The position numbers and the translations under genes were made by a program. A stretch of 63,963 nucleotides of DNA, the filler included, from Stramenopiles sp. TOSAG23-3 (taxonomy: Eukaryota), in the NCBI GenBank assembly GCA_900128585.1. It is 4 parts of 4 records of this genome, joined end to end, with 100 filler letters (N's around TTAATTAATTAA, not from the genome) between each part and the next. Parts side by side here need not be neighbours in the genome. Positions count along the whole stretch, not along the records: positions 20,715 to 41,291 come from LT642374.1; 3 more parts are not named here. The stretch is one strand, 5' to 3'. The notes under the pieces are model-generated. The model was not told the origin of the DNA. It did not search any database and worked only from the letters and a program-made list of their open reading frames with translations. Each line of letters starts with the position of its first letter. Position 1 is the stretch's first letter. Shown here in pieces: positions 20,732-31,729 of the stretch.

Positions 20732-22426
20732 ATGGACGCCTTGGAAACGGCAAAGGAGGTGCAGAGGGAAACGGGGGGGGGTAATCTGCCGGATGTGAAG
20801 ACTCCGGCGAAGAATGCATACATTTCATCGCTGCCAAAGAGTTTCACGCGGATCCAGCTTGTTGTGGTTGGCGGTTCTTTTATTCTCGCCGCCATGGCCG
20901 AAATTTACGAAAAGGTCATCATGAAGAAGTCCATCCAAACGACGCTATCACCGACCGACCGTGCCGCTCAAATGGCAATGGACGCCGTGTTGACCCCCAT
21001 CCAAGAAGTGTTTGCGTTTCTAGAAGATACCATGACTGTGAAGGTAGGGTATGCACTGGCAGCTGGACGCCATGGCGAGCTCAACGCACTGCTGAACATA
21101 TCTGTGTTTGGCGGGCTCCTCTGCAGCATCACTGCCTTTGCCGTCGTGTTCCTTGTGACGTTGAAAGAGTCGGTGGCGGGGGCGGTGCTGAACCCGTCGG
21201 AGAGCAGCAACGAGGAGTTGATCGCACGCGGCTGCACGTTGATCCCGACTACCCAGGCCATCCTCGTGAATGCAAAGGCTTATTGGCTTATATCCGCGGT
21301 CGCGTGGGTGCCGTCGTTCATTTCCAGCGGAGTCAATGGTTTTTTTGTAGGGACGGTGGACTTGCCGCCCATGTTAATCGGCCAATTGGTGAATCTGACT
21401 GTCCCCATTGGACTATGGTTTGGTCTGCTGAACGGCACCCAAATGTACCCGCTGACAATTTTGGCGCTGGCCTACACAGTTCCCCAATTTGTGACGACCA
21501 CGGCCCAATTCGGGTACCTCAGTTGCAAGAAAGCGACGCGGGAAAAGTACGCTCTCCGTATGATGTGCCCCTTGTGGGGCAGCAGCCCAGCGTCCTCCAA
21601 CTTTGCCCAGCTGCTCAAGGAGTGTGCGCTGCAAGGCTTCCAGCTGATGCTAGTGGACGTTGCTGTTCAACTGAGCACGTCGATCACCAATTACATGGCG
21701 GCGTCCGACCATTTTGAGACGGCATTCAAATTGGGAGCCGCTGAGTCCGCATATTGGTCGTTCGGCCCTCAGTATCTTGCGCCGACCATGATGTTGGTGA
21801 AAATCTTTGGGTCGAAAATGATCGCCAACGGCCAATACGAACTGTTTCTCCGAGTGTTTTTCTTCGCCACTTTAGTTGCGTCCAGCTTGGCCATTTCCGC
21901 TATCCTTGCCGCCGCTGTGAAGGCTGACTTTGTTGCCTACGACTATGGGAGTAGCGCTTGCGTTTATGCTTCGCAGACGGAATGCGCCAGCGCGTACGCT
22001 TCGATTTTTTCTCAAGAGGGGAATGGTTTGGACAGCATGTTCGAGGTGTTCGGGCCCACCGTTGGGTTGAACTTGTTTTTTGGGATCTTTCGTACGGGTT
22101 TGATGGCATGCCACGACTTCTCCTTCATTGCAAAAGGCGCTGTGGGATCGCTGGTGTTGGTGTATGTGCCGGCCATATTGATGGCCAAGTTTGTCTTCAA
22201 GACACCATTGAGTTACTACATTGCAATGTATGTGCCACATGTGGCCCTTCTGTTTGTGTTCGGGTGGCGCATGTGGACCCATATCCAGTGTATGCGAAAG
22301 GGGCGCGACGGCCCATGGACTGTGCACGTGCGAAAGATGAGTCGCGTCAGTAGTGTCGAGGACAGCCTGCTGCTTGGCGCGGAAGAGCTAAATGTACCAA
22401 AGTCGTACGGGACTCCACTCAACTGA
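20732..22426 (+). CDS. MATE/MOP-superfamily-like multi-pass transporter (5' end near scaffold edge)
   Basis: 564 aa with about 12 hydrophobic segments in two repeats; 'VGYALAAG' and 'IFGSKMIANG' echo the MATE loop motif; 'GFFVG' and 'RTGLMA' helices. Confidence 0.65.
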   Translation: MDALETAKEVQRETGGGNLPDVKTPAKNAYISSLPKSFTRIQLVVVGGSFILAAMAEIYEKVIMKKSIQTTLSPTDRAAQMAMDAVLTPIQEVFAFLEDTMTVKVGYALAAGRHGELNALLNISVFGGLLCSITAFAVVFLVTLKESVAGAVLNPSESSNEELIARGCTLIPTTQAILVNAKAYWLISAVAWVPSFISSGVNGFFVGTVDLPPMLIGQLVNLTVPIGLWFGLLNGTQMYPLTILALAYTVPQFVTTTAQFGYLSCKKATREKYALRMMCPLWGSSPASSNFAQLLKECALQGFQLMLVDVAVQLSTSITNYMAASDHFETAFKLGAAESAYWSFGPQYLAPTMMLVKIFGSKMIANGQYELFLRVFFFATLVASSLAISAILAAAVKADFVAYDYGSSACVYASQTECASAYASIFSQEGNGLDSMFEVFGPTVGLNLFFGIFRTGLMACHDFSFIAKGAVGSLVLVYVPAILMAKFVFKTPLSYYIAMYVPHVALLFVFGWRMWTHIQCMRKGRDGPWTVHVRKMSRVSSVEDSLLLGAEELNVPKSYGTPLN

Positions 22427-22979
22427 GTGCCTGTGCAATGATTGAATTGATGTTATTGATCTGATTTTATTTTTTACATTGCTCTGGCTATAGTGTAGTA
22501 TATTATTATTCGCTTCTTTTCAGCTTGTTGCCGCCGGCCAGGACAGAGTAAAAAAATATTTTTTTGGTGGCTGTGCTGTGTGTGTGTGTGTGTGTGTTCT
22601 GTATAAAATTATAGATTTGTTGTCGTGTGATGAATGAAAGCCGCTTCTTCTTCTCTCTCTATTATTATGTTATATATATATTAATATACATTATATTATT
22701 ATTATTCAAGACAATCATCGATCTCTTAGACTACGGTAATAATACTATTAAAATAAAATAAAAATAATTTTACCATAAAAAAACATAAATTTTTTATTAT
22801 TTTTTTTTTATTATTATTATTTTCTTCCATCCTCCTCCTGTTTTTTTTTGCATGAGAAGAAAAGATACTTACCAAAAAAGACAATTGCACGAAATGAATA
22901 AGGGAAATTTACTCTTTAGCAAATGTAAAGGCATTTGTGTTGGAATGTTTGCGTGTTTTTATAGTGAATATCGCTAAGC

Positions 22980-24280
22980 ATGGAGGTATGGCGTTTCTTG
23001 TTTCTGTCTGTTTGGGCTTGTAGTTGTTACGCTCATAATACGGCCCACGATGAGCCCCCTCTTAGTCCGTCCACCACGGTAGGTAGTTATGTGAGCAAAC
23101 TAAATATTACTTTAGAAAACCACTACGTAGTGACTGAGGACGGGTACATTTTGCACTTGCATAGGTTGTTAAACCCTGGAAAGCCTGTTGTCTTTCTGCA
23201 GCATGGTATTTTGGCGTCCAGCTGGTGCTGGTTGATAAATGAGCCGAGCGTTGCCCCCGCGATCGTTCTGTACAATGCCGGGTACGACGTCTGGCTCGGC
23301 AACTCACGGGGCAATCGTTTTAGCACCAACCATACCAGCTTGAGCCCCCACTCAAAGGCATTTTGGAACTTTACGTTTGACGAGATGGCTTTGTACGACA
23401 TCCCGGCCGTGGTAAATTATGTGAGCAAAAACCCTACGACGAGGGATGGAAAATTCCCTTACGTTGGGTGGAGCCAGTAAGTATATGTACCCGCCTTTTC
23501 TTTCTTCCGTCCAGCAGCTTCATTATTTTCTTCTGGCATAATACTCGTTCCGTGACTAACTTCCAATTCCTTCTTCCACTTTGTTACAGGGCAACGACAG
23601 CATTTATGGCCGCCGGAATGAACACGGCGCTTGGAGATATGCTTAGTGAAAAGATAAAAATATTCGTCGCGCTGTCGCCCGTGTCGTACTTGGTTGACTC
23701 CGGCAGTGTTTTGCTGAATGTGTTGTCGAAGTTTGACCTTTCGGAGGCTTTGCTGAAGTATTTCCCGTACGGGATTTTGGACGGATCAGTCGCGGAAGAT
23801 GCCTTTGAAGAACTCGTCTGCAAGCTCACGTTTGGGGAACTTTGCAAAATTGGCGTCGACACGGTTTGTGGGTGTGTCCCAACCGACAGCAAAAAGCAAA
23901 TTGAACGCCTGGTTACCCATTTCCCGGGAGGAACGAGTGTCAAGGATTTCAATCAGTACAACCAATTTCTTACCTCGTCTCCGCCATTTTATGGGTATTA
24001 CAATTATACCGAGGAGCAGAACCTTGAAAAGTATGGGCAACCGAGTTCCCCTGCGTACAACATTTCCAATTTCAACCAGGGCATACCCGTTGCTTTTTTC
24101 AGAGGAGACCACGACCTACTGGTTGCAGAGAAAGATTTTCAACGGTTGAGGTCGATCTTCCCAAATTCTACGATAGTGCATGAACGAGTTTACCCTCAAA
24201 TGTCGCACGTGTCATGGTACGTTGCCACCGAAGAAATCGCAAAGGTTTATCTGAATGATTTGTTACATGTCATTCAATAA
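22980..24280 (+). CDS. Secreted/lysosomal acid lipase family (AB hydrolase); join(22980..23476,23590..24280), 395 aa
   Basis: Signal peptide; 'VVTEDGYILHLHR', 'PVVFLQHGIL', 'GYDVWLGNSRGN', 'FWNFTFDEMALYDIPA'; spliced nucleophile elbow GWSQA; catalytic Asp (GDHDLL) and His (MSHV). Confidence 0.93.
23477..23589 (+). other. Spliceosomal GT-AG intron (113 nt) in the lipase gene
   Basis: Donor GTAAGT at 23477, branch point TGACTAAC at ~23553, pyrimidine tract and TACAG acceptor ending 23589; removal joins the two ORFs in frame (CA|G = Gln). Confidence 0.92.
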
Positions 24281-24882
24281 AAAAATTAAAATAAATAAAA
24301 AAACAATTTAAGTTTGTTTAAGAAATATAAACAGCACACAGCATCAGCGAATTTCCTATATAAATTAATAATACAACAAGTGTTTATATTTAATAATATG
24401 ATTTACGTATTTTTATTTTTTATTACACTTACTATTTATTATTATTAGATATAAAGAAGAAGTCTGTTTTCTTTTTTAAGGCTTCTTTCTCCTCCTCCTC
24501 CGTCGTCCTCCTCGTCGTATTATTTTTTGAAGAAGAGAAAAAAAGAAAGAAGAGAACGAATAACACGACGAAAGAACAACACGACGACGACGAAAAGAAG
24601 AACAACAACACGACGAAGAAAGAGAGAAGAAGAAGAAGAAGAAGAAGAAGAAGAAAAAGAAAAAAAAAAAGATGAAAGAAAAAAAGAAGAAAATAAAGAA
24701 GCTGTGGAAGATGCAGGACATATTAATATACATACAACATTTGGTTCATACATAACAAATATAACGAGTCAAAAAGAAAATACGATGGGCTCATGGACAG
24801 CAAAGTTAAAACTGAAAGGCCGAATTAAATATACTGCGTATAATTGAATCGAGTTAAGAAAAATCGATATTTATAGCTTACT

Positions 24883-25683
24883 ATGAACGTTTCATCGGTA
24901 GTTGCATTGGTAACAGGAGCGGCCTCGGGCCTTGGGCGTGCGACAGCGGCGCGTCTGGCAAAGCAAGGTGCTAAAGTAGTTGTCGTCGATTTGCCTGGTG
25001 CGTTGACGGACGACCGTAAAAAAGAGCTGATGGACGCTCACCCAGAGTACAATGATTCCAACGTGCTGTTCTGTCCCGCGGATGTAACGAGCGAAGACGA
25101 CGTCACTGCTGCGCTCGATCAAGCAGAAAGCAGTTTTGGTAGCAACGTGAACGTGGCAGTAAACTGCGCCGGCATTGCTATTGCCCAGAAAGTCTTGAGC
25201 AAGAAAGGAGCACACCCACTTTCTAATTTCTCCCAAGTGCTCAATGTCAATGTAGCAGGATCGTTCAACATAATCAGATTGTGCGCGGAACGAATGGCAG
25301 CCTCGGAAAGCGGCCACGGGAGCGACGACAACCGTGGGGTAATCGTCAATACGGCCAGTGTTGCCGCGTACGACGGACAGATTGGCCAGGCCGCGTACGC
25401 CGCTTCGAAGGGGGCTATTGTCGGGATGACGCTTCCTATAGCAAGGGATCTGGCATCGAGTGGCATCCGCGTTTGCTCCATCGCACCTGGGCTGTTCCTG
25501 ACGCCAATGCTCGAAGGCCTTCCGGAAAAGGTCCAGCACCACCTTGGCCAGCAAGTGCCGTACCCAAGCCGCTTGGGAAACCCGGACGAGTATGCACAGC
25601 TTGTTCAGCATATCGTGGAGAACCCAATGTTGAACGGAGAAGTCATTCGATTGGACGGCGCGATAAGGATGCCACCAAAGTAA
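24883..25683 (+). CDS. HSD17B10: 3-hydroxyacyl-CoA dehydrogenase type 2 (17-beta-HSD10-like SDR)
   Basis: '[11 protein letters not shown]', 'VNCAGIA', '[41 protein letters not shown]', '[13 protein letters not shown]'. Confidence 0.95.
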   Translation: MNVSSVVALVTGAASGLGRATAARLAKQGAKVVVVDLPGALTDDRKKELMDAHPEYNDSNVLFCPADVTSEDDVTAALDQAESSFGSNVNVAVNCAGIAIAQKVLSKKGAHPLSNFSQVLNVNVAGSFNIIRLCAERMAASESGHGSDDNRGVIVNTASVAAYDGQIGQAAYAASKGAIVGMTLPIARDLASSGIRVCSIAPGLFLTPMLEGLPEKVQHHLGQQVPYPSRLGNPDEYAQLVQHIVENPMLNGEVIRLDGAIRMPPK

Positions 25684-25896
25684 AGGTAAACGGCAGACCG
25701 GGCCTAAAATGGCTTAGATAATGTATCCCCAAGAAGGAAGAGTGAACGTTAAGAATTTAAAAATTACACAGTAAAATATTCGAACACTACTTTATAATTT
25801 TACCCCCCCCCCCCCCCCGAGCCGTTCTATAAATTTCACACATGCAAAATGTTTCCGATACCTGCCTCGCAACTGTCACGAATAATCTTTCTCGAA

Positions 25897-26775
25897 TCAC
25901 TCGAAAAGTGTGGACATTCCGAAATAGAACAGTCCTATCCCGAGAATGTACGACGCCCCTAAAATGGTCTTTTTACTGTTCAGGGGGTGCGCACCGTTCA
26001 TCCACCCGGGCTGTGGAAACCCCATATAGTTGCATATAGAATGCTGCAGTGCAATTGCATAAAAATTATGGGTTCGGCAAAATACAAAAGTCGCATACGC
26101 CCCGAACAAGGACGTGTATGCGAACTGCACGAATACTATAAGGATCGCCCGGCGAAGCGGCACCCCGTCCTGATGCACCATTCTGTACCCATGGTGCAAA
26201 TGAGCAACACCAAAATAGAGCGGGGCGAGGAGCACAGTCCTCGAAGTACTGAAGCCGAAGCGCAGCAGAATGCTGACCATGCAAGAGCGAAAAACCCATT
26301 CCTCCACGATTGGTGCAAACAGATATGCGCGGACGGCCGTCGGCTTGTCCAACGCATTCTGTGCTGGCTTCACCAGGGCCTCAGTCAGCCCCCCACGCCC
26401 ATACGCTACACGCCATGCAGACCCCTCACGGTAATTCCAAAAAACCTTTTCCATCAGTGGCCCGAGAAACAAACTCAATGTCACAAGGGTAGGGATTACT
26501 AAACTCCGCACGAAGTCGTCTGGAAGCAAGCCCAACGAGCAGTAAAGGGTTTTCACGGAAATAGGCTCCGATTTTGGGGACAGCACAAACCCAAACGCTA
26601 CAAAAAACGGACAAATTGCCGCGACGACCGTCAGCACCTGAAACCGCCAATAAATTTGTTTCGGGTCATCTCTATCCAACTTGGAGATGCTCGTCGGTGC
26701 CAAGTACAGTACACCAACAAACAAGACGGCCAACGTCAGGCAAAGAATGCAAGGAACGACCGTGTCCAGAAACAT
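25897..26775 (-). CDS. RCE1: CAAX prenyl protease 2 (CPBP family)
   Basis: 'RDDPKQI..RF', 'LFLGPL', 'APIVEEWVFR', 'FGVAHLHH', 'QFAYTSLFG', 'HSICNYMGFP'; first ATG taken as start. Confidence 0.93.
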   Translation of the reverse strand: MFLDTVVPCILCLTLAVLFVGVLYLAPTSISKLDRDDPKQIYWRFQVLTVVAAICPFFVAFGFVLSPKSEPISVKTLYCSLGLLPDDFVRSLVIPTLVTLSLFLGPLMEKVFWNYREGSAWRVAYGRGGLTEALVKPAQNALDKPTAVRAYLFAPIVEEWVFRSCMVSILLRFGFSTSRTVLLAPLYFGVAHLHHGYRMVHQDGVPLRRAILIVFVQFAYTSLFGAYATFVFCRTHNFYAIALQHSICNYMGFPQPGWMNGAHPLNSKKTILGASYILGIGLFYFGMSTLFE

Positions 26776-27199
26776 GTTGAGGGAAATGAACGGGTTATTT
26801 GTACTTTCTACACGCAACTATCTTGAAATGACCCCAGTACATCGCACAAAAAAATCGTAAATGAAAGGTTCCATTCTTGAGTTCATTCATCATAATTTTA
26901 AAGAAGAAAAAAAAAAGGATAATAATAATAATAATAAATAAAATAAATATTATATTATTATTATTATTATTCAATTATTAATTAACACAACACAACAACA
27001 AGACAATAAAAAATAATAGACTAAAAAAATAAAATATTATATAATATATTATTATTATTATTTTTTATTATATACTAGTCTACTACTATTTACTATTATT
27101 ATTATTATATCACTATAAGTACTACTAATAATAAAATAAAAAATAAAATATTATTCATCATCAAGCAATATAGTAGTAGCAGCAATCATCCAACAATTT

Positions 27200-27349
27200 T
27201 TCTTCTTCTTCTTTCATTCTTCTTCTTTCATTCTTCTTCTTTCATTCTTCTTCTTCTTCTTTCATTCTTCTTCTTTCATTCTTCTTCTTTCATTCTTCTT
27301 CTTTCATTCTTCTTCTTTCATTCTTCTTCTTTCATTCTTTCTTCTTCTT
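27200..27349 (+). repeat. 14-bp tandem repeat (TTCATTCTTCTTCT)n, about 9 copies
   Basis: Directly visible in the divergent intergenic spacer. Confidence 0.9.
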
Positions 27350-28050
27350 CATCAATCATCTTCTATCTGGCCTAGTAATAGCTTTTCGTATACTCTACCC
27401 CATCCCTAAAATCATTTAAAATTCCTCTATTGTTAATAGATGACTATTCATTATAAACACAATGTCCTTAAATTCTTCCTTCCCCTATATTATAGGTATA
27501 ATACATTTCGTTATAATAGTTTATAATAATCGTACAGGTAGTAATTTTGCATTTAAAATCACAATTTGAAAATGTATCATCCTCCTTTCTTCTTCCTTCC
27601 CTTTCTTTTCCTCTTTCTTCTTATTAGCTTAATATATTAATACCACCTTCACCTGAACCCCCGCCTTCCTTCCTCTTCTTTCTTCTTTCTTCTGTTTTTT
27701 GTTATTATATTTGTTGTGACCACCACACCTCCTCTTTCTTCTCCCTAGCTTCCTCCTATACTACTAATATAATACCACCTATAATTTACCACACCCCGCC
27801 GACGAAGAAAAGAAGAAGAATGAAGTAATTATCATTGAAGAATATATATATATTACCAGAAGAATAGTATAGTTCGTCGATGAATATTATTATTATTATT
27901 TTATCATATGAAAATAAATATACTACCTCCTTTTGGTGGGTTCGTAGAAGTAGAAGAATACATGTGTGTGAGAGGGACTGTTTTTTTGTATGGTTGTGAA
28001 TTTTCTTTCTTTTCTTCCACAACAATATATATAACTTATAGAAAGAAATA

Positions 28051-28108
28051 GAGAGACATAAATTTACAGGGAGAGAGAGAGAGAGACATAAATTTACAGG
28101 GAGAGAGA
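28051..28108 (+). repeat. 30-bp tandem duplication upstream of the ankyrin-TM gene
   Basis: gagagacataaatttacagggagagaga occurs at 28051 and 28081. Confidence 0.9.
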
Positions 28109-28185
28109 TACAGAGAAAGAATAGGGTTTCACTGTGAAACAATTTGTCAAGCGGACAGGTAGATATAGTAGTAGAAGGATTGCTC

Positions 28186-28860
28186 ATGTCGTGCCCGTAC
28201 CGCCTTCCGACTAATGTCTGCCCTGCGGTTCACGATCCACCCGAGGATGACTTTTCCCTTGAAGAGGCGGTAACGAACGCCTGGGTTATCCGGCATTGTG
28301 GTATGGGCGCAATAGTAGACCAGTTGGGGGCAGAGTTGCTTGGTTTGTGTAGTGTAGGCGATGTGGAGCAAATACGGGCGTTGTTTACCCCACGGTTCTC
28401 TACTCGTACGAAGTTTTTGTTGCAAAGTTGCGTTTCCGTGTTGATCGCCACTCTTGGATTTCTGTTATACAAAATCGTCCAATCTGGGGAAAAAACAAGC
28501 ACGCCAAGCGATAGTGGCCAGGAGGCTATAGATTTTTTGTTTCAGGTATTTTTCTCTCTTTTGTTCTGCTTATGGATATCGTGCGTGTTCTATGGGGTTG
28601 CTCACTTCGAGCCGCGGATTTTACCAACTTACAAGAACGAACAGAATGTCACTGCCCTCCACGTAGCAGTTACCGTCAACCGTGTGGAGGTATGCTCGCT
28701 TTTGCTGGAACATGGGGCCAGGCTGGACGTTAAAGACGCGCTCGGAAAAACACCAGTTGACCACGCTTCCCAGATGGGCCACAAAGAGATCATTAAACTG
28801 TTTAAAGATCGCGATAATGGCCGCCTGGATGAAAAGAAAGAAAGTAAAAAGTCTCGATGA
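28186..28860 (+). CDS. Ankyrin-repeat protein with two transmembrane helices
   Basis: 'VTALHVAV', 'LLLEHGA', 'GKTPVDHA'; hydrophobic segments 'FLLQSCVSVLIATLGFLLY' and 'FLFQVFFSLLFCLWISCVFYGV'. Confidence 0.8.
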   Translation: MSCPYRLPTNVCPAVHDPPEDDFSLEEAVTNAWVIRHCGMGAIVDQLGAELLGLCSVGDVEQIRALFTPRFSTRTKFLLQSCVSVLIATLGFLLYKIVQSGEKTSTPSDSGQEAIDFLFQVFFSLLFCLWISCVFYGVAHFEPRILPTYKNEQNVTALHVAVTVNRVEVCSLLLEHGARLDVKDALGKTPVDHASQMGHKEIIKLFKDRDNGRLDEKKESKKSR

Positions 28861-29164
28861 CTGAGCGTTCGTAAATAGATTTCTGGGTCGTCGTGTATTT
28901 TAAGAAACCACCAGAACAAAAATCCTAAATATTAAGTCCAGTAGAGTTTGTTACTTTAAACCCAAATATGTTGCTGTTAATGTAGAAAAAAATATTTTTT
29001 AGCAGATTCATTTCGTGGATAACAGCGAATTTTCTTGTTTTTTTTTAACAAACAATTTTCTTGTTTTCTTTTAAGACCTTTGGGCCTTTAGCCCGAATTA
29101 CCTAAAGCGCGTCGAGAAATGCTCAACCTTCTTCTTTTTCTCAGCACTGGGTTTGGCCACCAAT

Positions 29165-31231
29165 TCAAAACACCTGGTACCCCGCGGTGTCCCGACCATC
29201 TTTCCACGAAACGAGCCCCAAAGAATACGGGCTTTGCCGCCATGTTTTATTGAGCTTGGGCAAGCCTCTTATACCAGGGTACGTACTTCGTGGAACCAGT
29301 TTCTGCTTTCGAAGGGCTTCTTCCTCCATTTCGTTCTGGAGCATACTCTTTTCGTTTTTATCAACATCGTCTTTATCCTTGAGCATCATTGCGCCGAGGG
29401 CAGCAGCCGACGGTGGCGGGGGCAGCATCTCGTCAGGAATCATGGCCGATTTTGGTTTCTGGTTTTCAAGGGATGTTGTGTATTCCATGTCCTTCCGTCG
29501 CTGTTCTTCGGCATCCAAATCAGCATGAGTTGGCAAGCCCATCGCTTCCTCCAGTCGTTTGCGGCGCGTTCGACGTTTGATACCGACAGGTAAGGTCGAC
29601 GCCCGGGCTGCCCTTGCTTGGGCGTACAGATCCGTTCGCTTTGGCCGGAAAAGGGCCGATGCGTTGGCGGAACGCAGCGGCTTTTCCAAAAGTACCAGGT
29701 CTTTCTTTTTTTTCGGGGGCGAAGGGCACCAATTTGTGAGCAACCGCCCGACCATGCTTTTCCGCCTCACCTGCACGGCGGTCAAAGGCTTTTTGAGGGT
29801 CTCTTCGTCGTCCGTGTGTCGCCTTCGTCTGGACTTCCCACGGCGCTTTCTCGTTTGCCGCATTCGCTGGTAATCCTCGCGTTTTTTTATTTCCCGCAGC
29901 TTTATGTCCAGCTCCCTCGCACCGGTACTTTTTTCTGTAAGCATCATTGCCCGTTTCATGTCCTTAATCGACTGCATGCCTTGTTCGCCGAGGTGTGCCC
30001 CCGCTTTGGTCGCATCTTCCGCATTGTCATCTTCGGCATAAAACCGAATTGTCGTGCCGAGCTCGTTCAGCCGTTCCACCCGTTTGTTCTCTCTGACCCT
30101 GTCGGCAAGTGCCAAATCCCCAAGAATCTCTTCGAACGCAGGGGTTAAATTTATGTGCCGCAATGGGTCGTTTAGAAACGGCTTCCATTCGTTAATAAAA
30201 AATCCTAGACCAACTTCTCGTCTAATTTTAGGCCATTCGTGGAGGATGATAGCACACTCCGGCTTCTCGTGCTCGAGGGCTACGTCTAGCGCTGTTCGAC
30301 CAAGACCATCGGCGATTGTGGGATCGAACTGGTACCGGCAAAGGGTAAACAAAGATTTGGCGTCCCCAAACGAGGCGGCGAGGTGAACAGGGGTTTCTCC
30401 AAAAATGCCTCTAGCATTTACATTCCCGCCGTTATCCAGCAGGATGTTGAGTACACCATTAGCGCGTTCAAGCATGTCTTTCAACGATTCTTTCCCCGGT
30501 ACTTTGTGCTGTTTCTGGTGCTTCCACTCCTCGTACACAAAGAACAGGCTGCTGTAGCCGTGAGCGTTTGGAAAGTTCGGGTTCGCTTTTCCATCGACCA
30601 CCAAGGTCTTTATCATTTCCACGTTGGCGGTGCGCACTGCGTACGTCAACGGGGTGTCGAATTGGTTTATCAGGATATCGACGTCTTTGTACCCTCCTAT
30701 TATTGCCCGGTGTACCTCTAGGCGATTGCCTTTCAGCACATCCTGGGCAAACTGTTTTTGTGCACCTTCTAAGTTCGGTGTCTCGTGCAATTTGGACGAC
30801 AATTTTGGGTCTAAATAATTCGGAATTTTCTCGCTGATGTATTTATTTGCAGCGACGTCTATGCTGGTTAAGAGTTCATCTATTTCTTTTATTTGCCTAT
30901 GAAAACCGTACTGTTCCTTTATTTTATCCAGAGCAGCTTTTGACTGGCGTTCTCTTTTCTGTCGTAGAAATGCTTTTCTATTGCAGTCTTTCATGATCCG
31001 TTTGATCGAACGTTCTCGTGCAATCTCTCGATCCTTACGCTCATTTTCTACATGGAGCGAAATGCCTGGGATCCCATACCGCAGATCACTGTCGTTTGCA
31101 CTCGTTTTGTTTGCATGGTACTTTCCCAGAAAATCATGAATAGACCAATCCTCTTTTCCCGTGTACCCTTCGGCGAGGCCTACCCGCCGAAGCCTCAAAA
31201 CCTTTATGTTCGCTTCTTCCGTATCACCCAT
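29165..31231 (-). CDS. Ankyrin-repeat protein with long charged, low-complexity C-terminus
   Basis: 688 aa; 'DTPLTYAV', 'GYSSLF', 'GETPVHLAA', 'GRTALDVA'. Confidence 0.85.
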   Translation of the reverse strand: MGDTEEANIKVLRLRRVGLAEGYTGKEDWSIHDFLGKYHANKTSANDSDLRYGIPGISLHVENERKDREIARERSIKRIMKDCNRKAFLRQKRERQSKAALDKIKEQYGFHRQIKEIDELLTSIDVAANKYISEKIPNYLDPKLSSKLHETPNLEGAQKQFAQDVLKGNRLEVHRAIIGGYKDVDILINQFDTPLTYAVRTANVEMIKTLVVDGKANPNFPNAHGYSSLFFVYEEWKHQKQHKVPGKESLKDMLERANGVLNILLDNGGNVNARGIFGETPVHLAASFGDAKSLFTLCRYQFDPTIADGLGRTALDVALEHEKPECAIILHEWPKIRREVGLGFFINEWKPFLNDPLRHINLTPAFEEILGDLALADRVRENKRVERLNELGTTIRFYAEDDNAEDATKAGAHLGEQGMQSIKDMKRAMMLTEKSTGARELDIKLREIKKREDYQRMRQTRKRRGKSRRRRHTDDEETLKKPLTAVQVRRKSMVGRLLTNWCPSPPKKKKDLVLLEKPLRSANASALFRPKRTDLYAQARAARASTLPVGIKRRTRRKRLEEAMGLPTHADLDAEEQRRKDMEYTTSLENQKPKSAMIPDEMLPPPPSAAALGAMMLKDKDDVDKNEKSMLQNEMEEEALRKQKLVPRSTYPGIRGLPKLNKTWRQSPYSLGLVSWKDGRDTAGYQVF

Positions 31232-31729
31232 CCTTTCTCTTTGTTTGTACTCCCTTGCAATCTATACAAATTACATAATGCTTTGTTTGCTTTCCAGTAT
31301 TTTATTTAAATTGTGTTCCATTGTGTTGTTTACCTGGCATCCTGACACACACATACATGTGAAATCATTGTTTCCAAATGATCATCATGAAAGATTGTGC
31401 GCTGTGGTATGAAAAAATATATATCGGCGGTCCGGTAGTATCTATAACCGTTAAATTATTATTTAAACTATGCAGATAAATAGGCATTTATGTACTATTA
31501 GTATACTTTTTCATTTCATCCACTGTTGGTACGGTTATACTTGGTACTACCATATATGCATATAATTATTCATTCGTAATTTAATAAGAATTTTAATTAT
31601 TCTAAGTTTAGGTGTGGTGGTGGTACAAATATACGAAGTAGTATAGATACGTTCTTCGGCAGAGACATCCGAGAGCATCCAGGCTTTGCAGCTTTTGTGC
31701 ACCGCGCTATAATTATATATTTATATAAT

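Noticed and set aside
24476..24847. Poly-Glu/Lys and poly-Phe/Ser ORFs (similar ones at 4595-4883, 33271-33540, 53789-54181, 56703-56912)
   Set aside because: Translations of (GAA)n/(TTC)n microsatellites
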